Shown here: piece after piece, positions 8,372 to 15,949 of the stretch
How positions within the stretch are numbered: position 1 is the first letter of the stretch
How the letters are laid out: every line of letters begins with the position of its first letter
Notes under the pieces: generated by a model
Seen by the model: only the letters and a program-made list of their open reading frames with translations
The model's database searches: none
What the model was told of the DNA's origin: nothing
Program-made: the position numbers and the translations under genes
Origin: a virus
Length of the DNA: 60,569 nt
Strand: one strand, 5' to 3'
Virus record (IMG/VR): IMGVR_UViG_3300037780_000074

Positions 8372-8490
8372 GTAAAGACAAAATAATGACATTTAGACAA
8401 CTAGAATCCAAAGTAAACAAACTAGAATCCATAACTGTTCTGAATTCAATACTAATAGCAATGATGGCTGTCTTACTTTTAGTACTATAA
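8368..8490 (+). CDS. Small membrane protein (40 aa; below the ORF-track cutoff)
   Basis: The ATG at 8368 overlaps the upstream stop (ATGA). C-terminal hydrophobic stretch ILIAMMAVLLLVL. Confidence 0.3.
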   Translation: MSKDKIMTFRQLESKVNKLESITVLNSILIAMMAVLLLVL

Positions 8491-8493
8491 CAT

Positions 8494-8567
8494 AGCGTGG
8501 TGGAGTAAATGGTTACCTCACTTGTCTCATAAGCAAGAGATTACAGGTTCGAGTCCTGTCCACGCTA
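8494..8567 (+). tRNA. tRNA with CAT anticodon (elongator Met or Ile2-type)
   Basis: Folded by hand. Acceptor agcgtgg/ccacgct, D-arm gagt..cctc with GG in the loop, anticodon arm cttgt-ctCATaa-gcaag, T-arm acagg-ttcgagt-cctgt, discriminator A. Confidence 0.85.
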
Positions 8568-8641
8568 CAAAGTCATCTTAGAACAAACCAATAGAGGCAA
8601 CACTATGAAATAAGATAACTGAAAACAATACAATGTTGCAA

Positions 8642-8675
8642 GTGAGGGCTTCTTGATGTGCCCTCACATTTTTAT
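8642..8675 (+). terminator. Rho-independent terminator
   Basis: gtgagggc/gccctcac forms a perfect 8-bp stem with a 10-nt loop, followed by atttttat. Confidence 0.65.
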
Positions 8676-8695
8676 AACTAATAAAAGGAAATACA

Positions 8696-9109
8696 ATGAA
8701 AGAAGAGAACGAGCAAGAAGTAGCAAACAACGACACTCAGACAAAATCGACAGAACAACCAAAGGAGAATCCAACAGCAGAAACTGCTGACGGAAAAGTT
8801 ATTGAAGCTACTGCCGATGGTTATCAAGTTGATGAATCCTCTAATGTTGAAACTAATACTGAGTCTCCAAATCTTGACAACGAAATCATTGAAGACGATG
8901 GTACGAAAGATTGGATTTATACACCATATGAATTCATCTCAGGTGGTAAACATAAAGGCTTGTCAGTTGCCACTTATGGATTTCAGACTGATAAAGGAAC
9001 AACGTTAATGACAATTGTTGAGAGAGATGGAGTTATCAGCAATGATATTGAATTCATTCCTGAGGCAAGAATAATCAAACACGAAGACGGTACAAGATCA
9101 ATTAAATAG
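8696..9109 (+). CDS. Hypothetical protein with acidic N-terminal half
   Basis: ORF of 137 aa. The nested ORF 8802..9008 is ignored. Confidence 0.6.
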   Translation: MKEENEQEVANNDTQTKSTEQPKENPTAETADGKVIEATADGYQVDESSNVETNTESPNLDNEIIEDDGTKDWIYTPYEFISGGKHKGLSVATYGFQTDKGTTLMTIVERDGVISNDIEFIPEARIIKHEDGTRSIK

Positions 9110-9116
9110 AACTATT

Positions 9117-9185
9117 TCCACCTCTGTTCTACTTGCGAAGTTTCCCCCAAGAGATAAGTTCGCAAATTCCTCTGGCAGAGGTGGA
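9117..9185 (+). other. Compound nested hairpin (no T-tract)
   Basis: Outer stem tccacctctg/cagaggtgga (10 bp). Inner stem ttgcgaa/ttcgcaa (7 bp). Confidence 0.5.
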
Positions 9186-9212
9186 GTTATTAAAAGAGTA
9201 TAGGTAGAAAAC

Positions 9213-9602
9213 ATGAAAATCCAAACCACATTAGAAGAAGTTAGGTCGATTGAAAAAGGAATTAAGAAACATCACATTACCTCAGACCCAAATGGGAAAA
9301 GAAGAATAGGTAACAAGGTTGATTTCCATGTCGATGATTTAGGTAACCACAAAGAAGAAATCACTAGCAAGCAACTAATCGAAATAGCAGTTAGAAAAAA
9401 CAAAGACAATTATGAAGTAGTTTATCTGCAGATAGATAAGAAAGACCGCTCAAACAAACTCGATACTATAGCAGTGAACGAAGGATTTGAGAAAGTACAA
9501 TCTTTCCTAGAATGGGTATATAACCTAGCTGATGAGAAACCTAAAGATACTTTGAGTGTGTTACGTGGTAAAATCCTACACTGGACTAGCATAAAATACT
9601 AA
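9213..9602 (+). CDS. Hypothetical protein
   Basis: ORF of 129 aa. Confidence 0.6.
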   Translation: MKIQTTLEEVRSIEKGIKKHHITSDPNGKRRIGNKVDFHVDDLGNHKEEITSKQLIEIAVRKNKDNYEVVYLQIDKKDRSNKLDTIAVNEGFEKVQSFLEWVYNLADEKPKDTLSVLRGKILHWTSIKY

Positions 9603-9611
9603 CCTTTACAG

Positions 9612-9670
9612 CGGTGCGGTCAAGAACTTTCCTTTATGCGTGTATTTACATCCGACTGCACCGTTTGTCT
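9612..9670 (+). terminator. Long-loop hairpin followed by tttgtctt
   Basis: cggtgcggtc/gactgcaccg forms a 10-bp stem (one G-U) directly after the stop at 9602. Confidence 0.35.
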
Positions 9671-9681
9671 TACACCTATCC

Positions 9682-9759
9682 AAATTCGTAAAAATCTTAA
9701 ATCAATCTTGCATTTTAATAAATTATTTACTAAATTCGTAAAGTTCTTATGAAAATAAG
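9682..9759. promoter_or_regulatory. Candidate operator/promoter region sharing motifs with the immunity region
   Basis: aaattcgtaaaa (9682-9693), aaattcgtaaag (9732-9743) and cttatgaaaataag (9746-9759). The same aaattcgtaaag and ttatgaaaata strings occur at 54194-54241. Confidence 0.4.
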
Positions 9760-9817
9760 AAAGAGAAAGGTTTAGAGGAACCTTACATGTAAATTCACAA
9801 TCAGAGGAGTTATCAAA

Positions 9818-10105
9818 ATGACGGTAACATTTAACGAACAAATACTAACCTGTTCACCTGATAATAAGATGGTTATAGATACTGACGGACCAGCCGGAAA
9901 TGTGTTCTGGTTAATGTCTATTGCTAGCAAGTTAGGTAAAAGGTTAGGGCTCAACACAGGGGAAATAGTGAGCCAAATGCAAGAGAGTGACTACCCTCAT
10001 GCAATAGAGGTATTCAATGAACACTTCAGCGAGTATGTGATACTGGAATCACAATACGAAAACAATCTAGGCATGCAGCAAAAAGGAAAGGGGGTGAGTC
10101 AATGA
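9818..10105 (+). CDS. Hypothetical protein (first gene after the control region)
   Basis: ORF of 95 aa. Confidence 0.55.
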   Translation: MTVTFNEQILTCSPDNKMVIDTDGPAGNVFWLMSIASKLGKRLGLNTGEIVSQMQESDYPHAIEVFNEHFSEYVILESQYENNLGMQQKGKGVSQ

Positions 10106-10557
10106 ATTATTTTAGAAAGTACAAGCTTGTAGTTGAGGAAACTACAGAGTATGCTCAAAAGAAGTACAATGCTTCTCACTTTATTTTCAACAAGGCTAAA
10201 GATATAATTGGAACAGATATCAATGTTCGTGAGCACATGCTATGTTTCTTCCTCGATAGTCAATGTAATTTAACAGGTTATTCAACAATATCAATAGGTA
10301 TGGAAGAATTATGCTCAATCTCATTAAAGCAATTAGCCACTCTGGCGTTTCTATCCACTTCAACTAGAGTAGTGCTATTGCACAACCATCCAAGTGGTTC
10401 AAATAAACCAAGTGATTCAGATAAATCTGTAACTAGAGAGGTTAAAAAAAGTTTGGCAATGCTAGATATTAAGCTCTTAGACCACCTTGTAATTACTAAG
10501 GATAGTTACTATTCAATGCACGATGAAGGAGAATTATATGAGGAGGCGAACCAATGA
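10102..10557 (+). CDS. RadC-like JAB/MPN-domain protein
   Basis: VVLLHNHPSGSNKPSDSDKSVT is the HxHPSG...S..D JAMM-type motif of the RadC/DUF2466 family. Confidence 0.8.
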   Translation: MNYFRKYKLVVEETTEYAQKKYNASHFIFNKAKDIIGTDINVREHMLCFFLDSQCNLTGYSTISIGMEELCSISLKQLATLAFLSTSTRVVLLHNHPSGSNKPSDSDKSVTREVKKSLAMLDIKLLDHLVITKDSYYSMHDEGELYEEANQ

Positions 10558-10928
10558 ACTACAACACAGTAAAGCTCACAGACATGGAAGTAGACATTGT
10601 AGTTGAGTGGAAACATAACGAGTTTAATATCACTAAGGTTGAAGACTTTAAAAACTCAGCTCCTTTTCTTTGCGAAAATCTAGATCATTCAGCATTAGAA
10701 AGATTCGCTCCAAAGCATGAGCCAGGTGACCAAGAGGCATGGGAAAATGAAATGCTAGTAGCATTCCATCAACTATCTCATTATGAGCAATGCGAATTGA
10801 TGTTAGAAATATTGACTGACCCAGATACTTTTTACGATGCAATCTACGAGCAGATACAAATCAGTGAAAGCGATTATAAGGATATAATAGCTGATATAAG
10901 ATACGATTCAATGAGGGAGGAAGCATAA
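10554..10928 (+). CDS. Highly acidic small protein (candidate DNA mimic)
   Basis: Counted 29 D+E against 9 K+R in 124 aa. It lies between the RadC-like and methyltransferase genes, with ATGA/TAATG coupling. Confidence 0.6.
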   Translation: MNYNTVKLTDMEVDIVVEWKHNEFNITKVEDFKNSAPFLCENLDHSALERFAPKHEPGDQEAWENEMLVAFHQLSHYEQCELMLEILTDPDTFYDAIYEQIQISESDYKDIIADIRYDSMREEA

Positions 10929-12421
10929 TGTTTAATGATGAATTCTTCCCAACTCCAAAGGAAGTAATTGAGAAGATGGTTCTTGAAGCAGATCTAAATA
11001 AAGAACACTACATTTTAGACCCATCAGCAGGGAAAGGAGATATACTAGAATATATAAAGTCAGACTTTACCACATTCGGTAACAACTACAATTACCTTGA
11101 AGATAGAAAACTATACGGAATTGAGTTAAATCAAGACTTAGCTACTATCCTAAAAGAAAAAGAAGTAAGGGTGTTAGCGGATGACTTCTTAGAATATGAA
11201 CCATCTATGAGTTTTGATAGGATACTAATGAACCCACCTTTTTCAAATGGAGATGAACATTTATTGAAAGCATGGGAAATATTAGATTCAGGGAAAATAG
11301 TTTGTCTTCTCAATGCAGAGACTATTAAAAATCCATATACAAAGAAGCGAAAATTATTATTAGAAATCATATCTAAAAACGGATATGCAAAGGAAATGGG
11401 TCAGTGTTTCAAAACTGCAGAAAGGAAAACCAATGTAGAAGTTGTTATGGTGGTATTGGAAAAAACATCAGGAAGTAGATTTGAGTTTGATATTGAATAC
11501 GATAAAGAGAAAAACACTCAAATCAATTCAGAAGTGCTTAATAATCAGATAGCTACCAATGATGCTATTGGGAACATAGTTAAGTATTACCAATTAAGTA
11601 GAGATGCAGGTATTGAACTTGTTAAGGCGATGGATAAATTTATTTATTACTCTGACCCTCTAAAAAGTGGGCACTATATGTATGGGCTCGATGAGATAAT
11701 GAAAGACTTCAATAATAACAGCAATACAAAAAGACATAATAAGCTAATGAGTATGTTAAAAAAGGAAGTCTGGGAAAAAATCCTTGACCAAGATGACTTG
11801 AAAAAAGTAATGAGCTCAAGTGTAAGGGAAACTCTAAATAAATTCATTCAGCAGAACTCATCAATGGATATTACTGAAAAGAATATAAAAAGAGTGATAT
11901 ATGAGTTAATCTCAAACAGAGAATCAATCTATTATCAAACTATAACTTCAGTATTTGAAACAATGACTTCATTTCACAAGGACAATAAAGTACACGTTGA
12001 GGGATGGAAAACAAATTCTGCTTATAAAGTAAATAAAAGGATTATTCTACCCTATGGGATAGATTATAATGATTGGGGAAGTTGGAATATTAACTATAGA
12101 GGTGGTAATAGACCAGCTGTTTCAGATATTGATTTAGCTATATCTATGATCGATGGTAAAGACGTAAATGAGATTGATAAAATATATGACAGCATATATC
12201 AACAGTTTAAAGTAATCGAAACCCATGGCTATAAAATGGGCCACACTAATAAATGTGAATCGGAATATTTCAATATCAAATTCTACAAAAAAGGAACACT
12301 CCATCTGCAGTTCAAAGATGACAAGCTTTGGGAGTTATTCAATGTAACCGCTGCTCAAGGTAAGAACTGGATAGGAACAGAAGATCATGAAGAATACAAA
12401 CAACTAATACAGGGGGATTAA
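10928..12421 (+). CDS. Orphan N6-adenine DNA methyltransferase with a long C-terminal domain (DUF4942-like)
   Basis: FFPTPKEVIEKM, motif I LDPSAGKGDIL and motif IV ILMNPPFS. No adjacent restriction endonuclease is recognisable. Confidence 0.8.
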   Translation: MFNDEFFPTPKEVIEKMVLEADLNKEHYILDPSAGKGDILEYIKSDFTTFGNNYNYLEDRKLYGIELNQDLATILKEKEVRVLADDFLEYEPSMSFDRILMNPPFSNGDEHLLKAWEILDSGKIVCLLNAETIKNPYTKKRKLLLEIISKNGYAKEMGQCFKTAERKTNVEVVMVVLEKTSGSRFEFDIEYDKEKNTQINSEVLNNQIATNDAIGNIVKYYQLSRDAGIELVKAMDKFIYYSDPLKSGHYMYGLDEIMKDFNNNSNTKRHNKLMSMLKKEVWEKILDQDDLKKVMSSSVRETLNKFIQQNSSMDITEKNIKRVIYELISNRESIYYQTITSVFETMTSFHKDNKVHVEGWKTNSAYKVNKRIILPYGIDYNDWGSWNINYRGGNRPAVSDIDLAISMIDGKDVNEIDKIYDSIYQQFKVIETHGYKMGHTNKCESEYFNIKFYKKGTLHLQFKDDKLWELFNVTAAQGKNWIGTEDHEEYKQLIQGD

Positions 12422-12422
12422 C

Positions 12423-12668
12423 ATGAAAGTCAGAAAAGAATTCAGATCTGAAATACAACAAAGGATATTTGCTAAACTATTTGTTTACTGGACAGCATAT
12501 CACAATGATAAGCATTATTCAGAATTTCCTGACCAGGAAGTAAATGTTGTATTCTTCGACTATATCAATGACCGGATTAAGAATCACTTACATCTTCCTG
12601 ACGGTTGGCAAGATATAACAAATTACAAAGACCTAAAGAAATGGTATTTAGCACATGTCAATGGATAG
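12423..12668 (+). CDS. Hypothetical protein
   Basis: ORF of 81 aa. Confidence 0.55.
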   Translation: MKVRKEFRSEIQQRIFAKLFVYWTAYHNDKHYSEFPDQEVNVVFFDYINDRIKNHLHLPDGWQDITNYKDLKKWYLAHVNG

Positions 12669-12963
12669 AATGCAAATACTTATGAATTCAATCAGTGAGT
12701 GGTCCACCAAAACTTTAAATCAGAATAAAGACACTATTCTTGAAAAGTTAGAGGAGGAGCTCACTGAATTAAAGGATTCTAAGCGTTCTACAATCGAGGA
12801 AGTATATGAGGTAGTAGATATGTTTCATTTACTGCTAGACTACGCAGAGAAGTGCGGTATTGATGCTGAAACTGTACTTTTACTCACAGAACGAAAACAC
12901 AGTATCAACAAACAGAGGAATTGGGTTTCTGTTAATGGAGTATGGAAACATGAAAAGGAATAA
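12655..12963 (+). CDS. MazG-like nucleotide pyrophosphohydrolase
   Basis: ISEWS...LEKLEEELTELKD...EVVDMFHLLLDYAEKCGID...KHSINKQRNW matches the all-alpha MazG/NTP-PPase pattern as recalled. Confidence 0.5.
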   Translation: MSMDRMQILMNSISEWSTKTLNQNKDTILEKLEEELTELKDSKRSTIEEVYEVVDMFHLLLDYAEKCGIDAETVLLLTERKHSINKQRNWVSVNGVWKHEKE

Positions 12964-13225
12964 CCATCCACCTACAAAAGAGGAGTTTCATTTAGGGCAG
13001 AGAGTAAAGTATTTGGCTACTCAACATGTTGATGTACTTGGTGAGTGTAAATACAAGAGTGATTTCTTAATCTCTGCTTATATGGAAAATGGTTTTATTC
13101 TTGACAAGTATGTTCTGAAGACTAAGAATAAGAAGCTGATAAGAACAAGATACTACGCTTACTTCATGAAGAGATTCAATCAGATTGAAAAGAAATATAA
13201 AATTAAAATTAATAGGGTGAACTAA
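12950..13225 (+). CDS. Hypothetical protein
   Basis: The track ORF starts at 12860. The ATG at 12950 is preferred because it removes most of the overlap with the upstream gene. Confidence 0.5.
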   Translation: MKRNNHPPTKEEFHLGQRVKYLATQHVDVLGECKYKSDFLISAYMENGFILDKYVLKTKNKKLIRTRYYAYFMKRFNQIEKKYKIKINRVN

Positions 13226-13746
13226 TGGGAACAAGACATATAACAATAGTAATCGATGAACAAGGAAACAAAAAGGTTTCACAATATGGTCAATGGGATG
13301 GTTATCCTGAAGGGCAAGGCTACAATATTTTAGAAACTCTTAAAGATGAGAGCATTGTTTCAAAGCTAAAAGAAAACCTCAACAAATGTAGGTTTATTGA
13401 TGTGGAAGGAAAGGATAAAAAATTCATAGAATCCTATAATGCTAATGCGCCAACTTGGTCGAACGAACCCGACAAAAGAACTGATGAGCAAAAAAGATGG
13501 TTTGGTACTTACATCCATAGAGATGTAGGTTCTGATATACTCAGAAATATTGCAGAATCTAAGGACGAAGAAATCTTGATTGGTGAACATGAATCATTAA
13601 AATGGATTGACTATTGGTATGAGATAAACTTTCAAACTAAGAAGCTAAAAGTATGTGATACTATTGAATTCGATTTAAAAAACTTACCTAAACCGAAGAA
13701 GTTCAAAAAGCAGATATATAAAGCTTTAGAGGAAGAAGAGGAATAA
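13225..13746 (+). CDS. Hypothetical protein
   Basis: ORF of 173 aa. Confidence 0.6.
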   Translation: MGTRHITIVIDEQGNKKVSQYGQWDGYPEGQGYNILETLKDESIVSKLKENLNKCRFIDVEGKDKKFIESYNANAPTWSNEPDKRTDEQKRWFGTYIHRDVGSDILRNIAESKDEEILIGEHESLKWIDYWYEINFQTKKLKVCDTIEFDLKNLPKPKKFKKQIYKALEEEEE

Positions 13747-13756
13747 TAAAATCATA

Positions 13757-13869
13757 GGCGAGGTGGCGGAATTGGTAGACGCATATTTCAAAAAAGGTGC
13801 TGAAATACGTAATGATTGGATAACTGGTAAATAGATAAGCTGGTGCAGGTTCAACTCCTGCCCTCGCCT
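13757..13869 (+). tRNA. Atypical 113-nt tRNA-like element (type-II-like acceptor, D and T arms; no canonical anticodon arm)
   Basis: Acceptor ggcgagg/cctcgcc, D-arm gcgg-aattggtaga-cgc and T-arm gcagg-ttcaact-cctgc are canonical. The 62 nt between the D and T arms contain no 5-7-5 anticodon arm. The only hairpin there is tatttc/gaaata with a 12-nt loop. Confidence 0.5.
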
Positions 13870-13892
13870 CAATTTAAAATTGAGAAAAAGAA

Positions 13893-14216
13893 ATGACCAT
13901 CAACGAATACATAAAACGCAAAGACACTGACAGAGACTCAGGCAAAATGAAGAACAATCTTCATTGCAAGAGTGGTCTAACTATGTCTGTACAAGCAAGC
14001 GGTTCTCATAAATGTGAGCCGAAAATAGATAATGCAGATCATTATAGAACTGTAGAGATTGGATTGTTAAGTAGAAGAGTTGAAGACTTTGACCCTTATA
14101 CTGAGATGGTTCGAAGAAAGCCAAGGATAGTGATATATCCCAATGTGCCAGTATCTATTGTTGACAAAGTCATAAGGGATAATGGTGGAATTGATTTGTC
14201 GAGGTGTGTGAAATGA
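13893..14216 (+). CDS. Hypothetical protein
   Basis: ORF of 107 aa. Confidence 0.55.
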   Translation: MTINEYIKRKDTDRDSGKMKNNLHCKSGLTMSVQASGSHKCEPKIDNADHYRTVEIGLLSRRVEDFDPYTEMVRRKPRIVIYPNVPVSIVDKVIRDNGGIDLSRCVK

Positions 14217-14557
14217 AAAACATACCAAAGAAAATATATCTGAATCTAGGAATGGATGAGATAGAATCAGAAAACGTAAAAGACTTTAATGAACTAAGAG
14301 AAGTTACTTGGTGTGAAGATAGACAAAGTGAATCAGATATTGAGTATCAATTATTTGATAACCATTTGCTAATAGCTGAAATCAAAGGCTGGGTAAGAGC
14401 ATTAAAACATAAAGCAAGGGAATTAGAAGATAGTATAGAAGCGGGATTATCATATGATGAGCAGGCAGAAAGAAGTGATAATGCAACTGATATGAGGTTA
14501 GAGGCTTTGCACTATGAGAGATGTTTAAAACTGTTGGAGCAAACAAATGAGAGATAA
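14204..14557 (+). CDS. Hypothetical protein
   Basis: ORF of 117 aa. Confidence 0.55.
   Translation: MCEMKNIPKKIYLNLGMDEIESENVKDFNELREVTWCEDRQSESDIEYQLFDNHLLIAEIKGWVRALKHKARELEDSIEAGLSYDEQAERSDNATDMRLEALHYERCLKLLEQTNER
14536..14550 (+). repeat. Gene-junction repeat ggagcaaacaaATGa, copy 1
   Basis: Identical 15-mer at 14823-14837 and 15214-15228, each containing the start codon of the next gene. Confidence 0.9.
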
Positions 14558-14837
14558 AGAACACTATTGTCAAGAATGTTTAAGCTACAGTAAGCGCAAA
14601 CTGACCCAGCAAGGATGGTTGTGTGATTATTGTATTAACAAGAATGATGTTTTGGAAGCCAATAATAGAGCAGGAAAAAAACGGATAATTCGATTAATCA
14701 AAGGTAGGTTAAAAGGGCTTGAACTATACCTATCTCATATACCTGCTGACAAGATAATAACACCATTTGACATTGATGTAAGAACTGAGTTTTACAGATT
14801 AGAAGCGGAATTGAAACAATTTGGAGCAAACAAATGA
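14547..14837 (+). CDS. Hypothetical Cys-pair (zinc-ribbon-like) protein
   Basis: CQEC ... CDYC pairs near the N-terminus. Confidence 0.55.
   Translation: MRDKEHYCQECLSYSKRKLTQQGWLCDYCINKNDVLEANNRAGKKRIIRLIKGRLKGLELYLSHIPADKIITPFDIDVRTEFYRLEAELKQFGANK
14823..14837 (+). repeat. Gene-junction repeat ggagcaaacaaATGa, copy 2
   Basis: Exact copy. ATG at 14834. Confidence 0.9.
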
Positions 14838-15214
14838 AAGTCAGAGACCTTAAAAACATAATCAATAGGAACTTCACCAATATAGATAAAAAAATTGGTG
14901 TTGAGTTAGTTGATACGGGATTTCTGAAGTACACAAAACTAACTCCAGAGAATTATTACCACTGGTGGTATGAGGTAGAAAACAAAAAGGAAGTAGACCC
15001 TAAAAATTATACTTATGATTGGAATGACCTGCAGCCTACTTATAAGATGGAGACGATTAAATATTTAATCACTAGGCACGAAGATTACGAAAGTGCTTAC
15101 AAGTTAATTGACAAGGTTTTGCAATTACACTCATCACAGCACGATGGACTAAGTACAATTTTAGACGTGTACGATACACTATACAATAACAGATTTGACA
15201 AACAACTATTTTAG
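14834..15214 (+). CDS. Hypothetical protein
   Basis: ORF of 126 aa. Confidence 0.55.
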   Translation: MKVRDLKNIINRNFTNIDKKIGVELVDTGFLKYTKLTPENYYHWWYEVENKKEVDPKNYTYDWNDLQPTYKMETIKYLITRHEDYESAYKLIDKVLQLHSSQHDGLSTILDVYDTLYNNRFDKQLF

Positions 15215-15228
15215 GAGCAAACAAATGA
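15214..15228 (+). repeat. Gene-junction repeat ggagcaaacaaATGa, copy 3
   Basis: Exact copy. ATG at 15225. Confidence 0.9.
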
Positions 15229-15509
15229 AAGTGATTAGGAAAGAGCGTGAGCAATATGATGCTTTCAAGTGGGAAGGTGTCACATTTAAAGACTACGAGC
15301 GGTTTTTAGCCAAAATAGGAGCGGTTAGATATATAAGAAGTAGTAAGAATAATTTTGATTTTTCTATAATATATTTTAAACGTGGTCAAACTATATACGG
15401 AATGAAAAGGGGAGAATATTATATAAAGGCAGTTAATTATAATATATTTAATCGCCCTGAAGTTTTATCCGAAAAAGAATTTAAAGAACAATACGAGGTT
15501 ATAGAATGA
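15225..15509 (+). CDS. Hypothetical protein
   Basis: The track ORF starts at 15195. The ATG at 15225 is preceded by the conserved ggag junction motif. Confidence 0.55.
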   Translation: MKVIRKEREQYDAFKWEGVTFKDYERFLAKIGAVRYIRSSKNNFDFSIIYFKRGQTIYGMKRGEYYIKAVNYNIFNRPEVLSEKEFKEQYEVIE

Positions 15510-15661
15510 GCAAAATACAATTCAGAAAACTACTAGGAATATCAATATGTAAATTATTAGGTCACAAAAGGGAATACCCTATGTGTGCTCCACCTAGACA
15601 AAGAATAAAGTTAATCTCACATTGTACAAGATGTTATAAAAATTTAGAGGGAACCAAATGA
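15506..15661 (+). CDS. Small Cys/His-containing protein (51 aa; below the ORF-track cutoff)
   Basis: ATGA overlaps at both ends (15506-15509 and 15658-15661) fill an otherwise non-coding gap. Confidence 0.35.
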   Translation: MSKIQFRKLLGISICKLLGHKREYPMCAPPRQRIKLISHCTRCYKNLEGTK

Positions 15662-15948
15662 AACAATTCACCGAACAAGAAGCTATTAAATTAGGCGAAT
15701 CTAAATTCTATGAAGATTTGACAGCTAAAGAAATAGTAGCCTTTCAACTATATCAAGATAAGTTATGTATGCCGTTTGATGTATTCCATAAAGCAATTAC
15801 AGAAGCATTAGATAGACCTGTATATACTCATGAATTTGTAGATTATAAGAGATTACGGTTAGAATTTGAAGGCAGGGTAGACAAACCAACATTAGAAGAT
15901 ATAATCAACATAATTCCAAAAGAAAAAAGAATACTTATAGGATGTTAA
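15658..15948 (+). CDS. Hypothetical protein
   Basis: ORF of 96 aa. Confidence 0.55.
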   Translation: MKQFTEQEAIKLGESKFYEDLTAKEIVAFQLYQDKLCMPFDVFHKAITEALDRPVYTHEFVDYKRLRLEFEGRVDKPTLEDIINIIPKEKRILIGC

Positions 15949-15949
15949 A

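Noticed and set aside
12860-12949. The long N-terminal extension of the ORF 12860..13225 overlapping the MazG-like gene. Similar extensions occur at 15195, 17253, 17796, 18751, 38883 and 55305.
   Set aside because: Internal ATGs placed at or next to the upstream stop codon give compact, coupled gene junctions that match the rest of the genome. The extensions are probably just open frame upstream of the true start.
13757-13869. The tRNA-like element as a leftover tRNA fragment from an integration site.
   Set aside because: Both acceptor strands and the complete D and T arms are present, and it is 38 kb from the integrase. An att-derived fragment would normally carry only the 3' portion.
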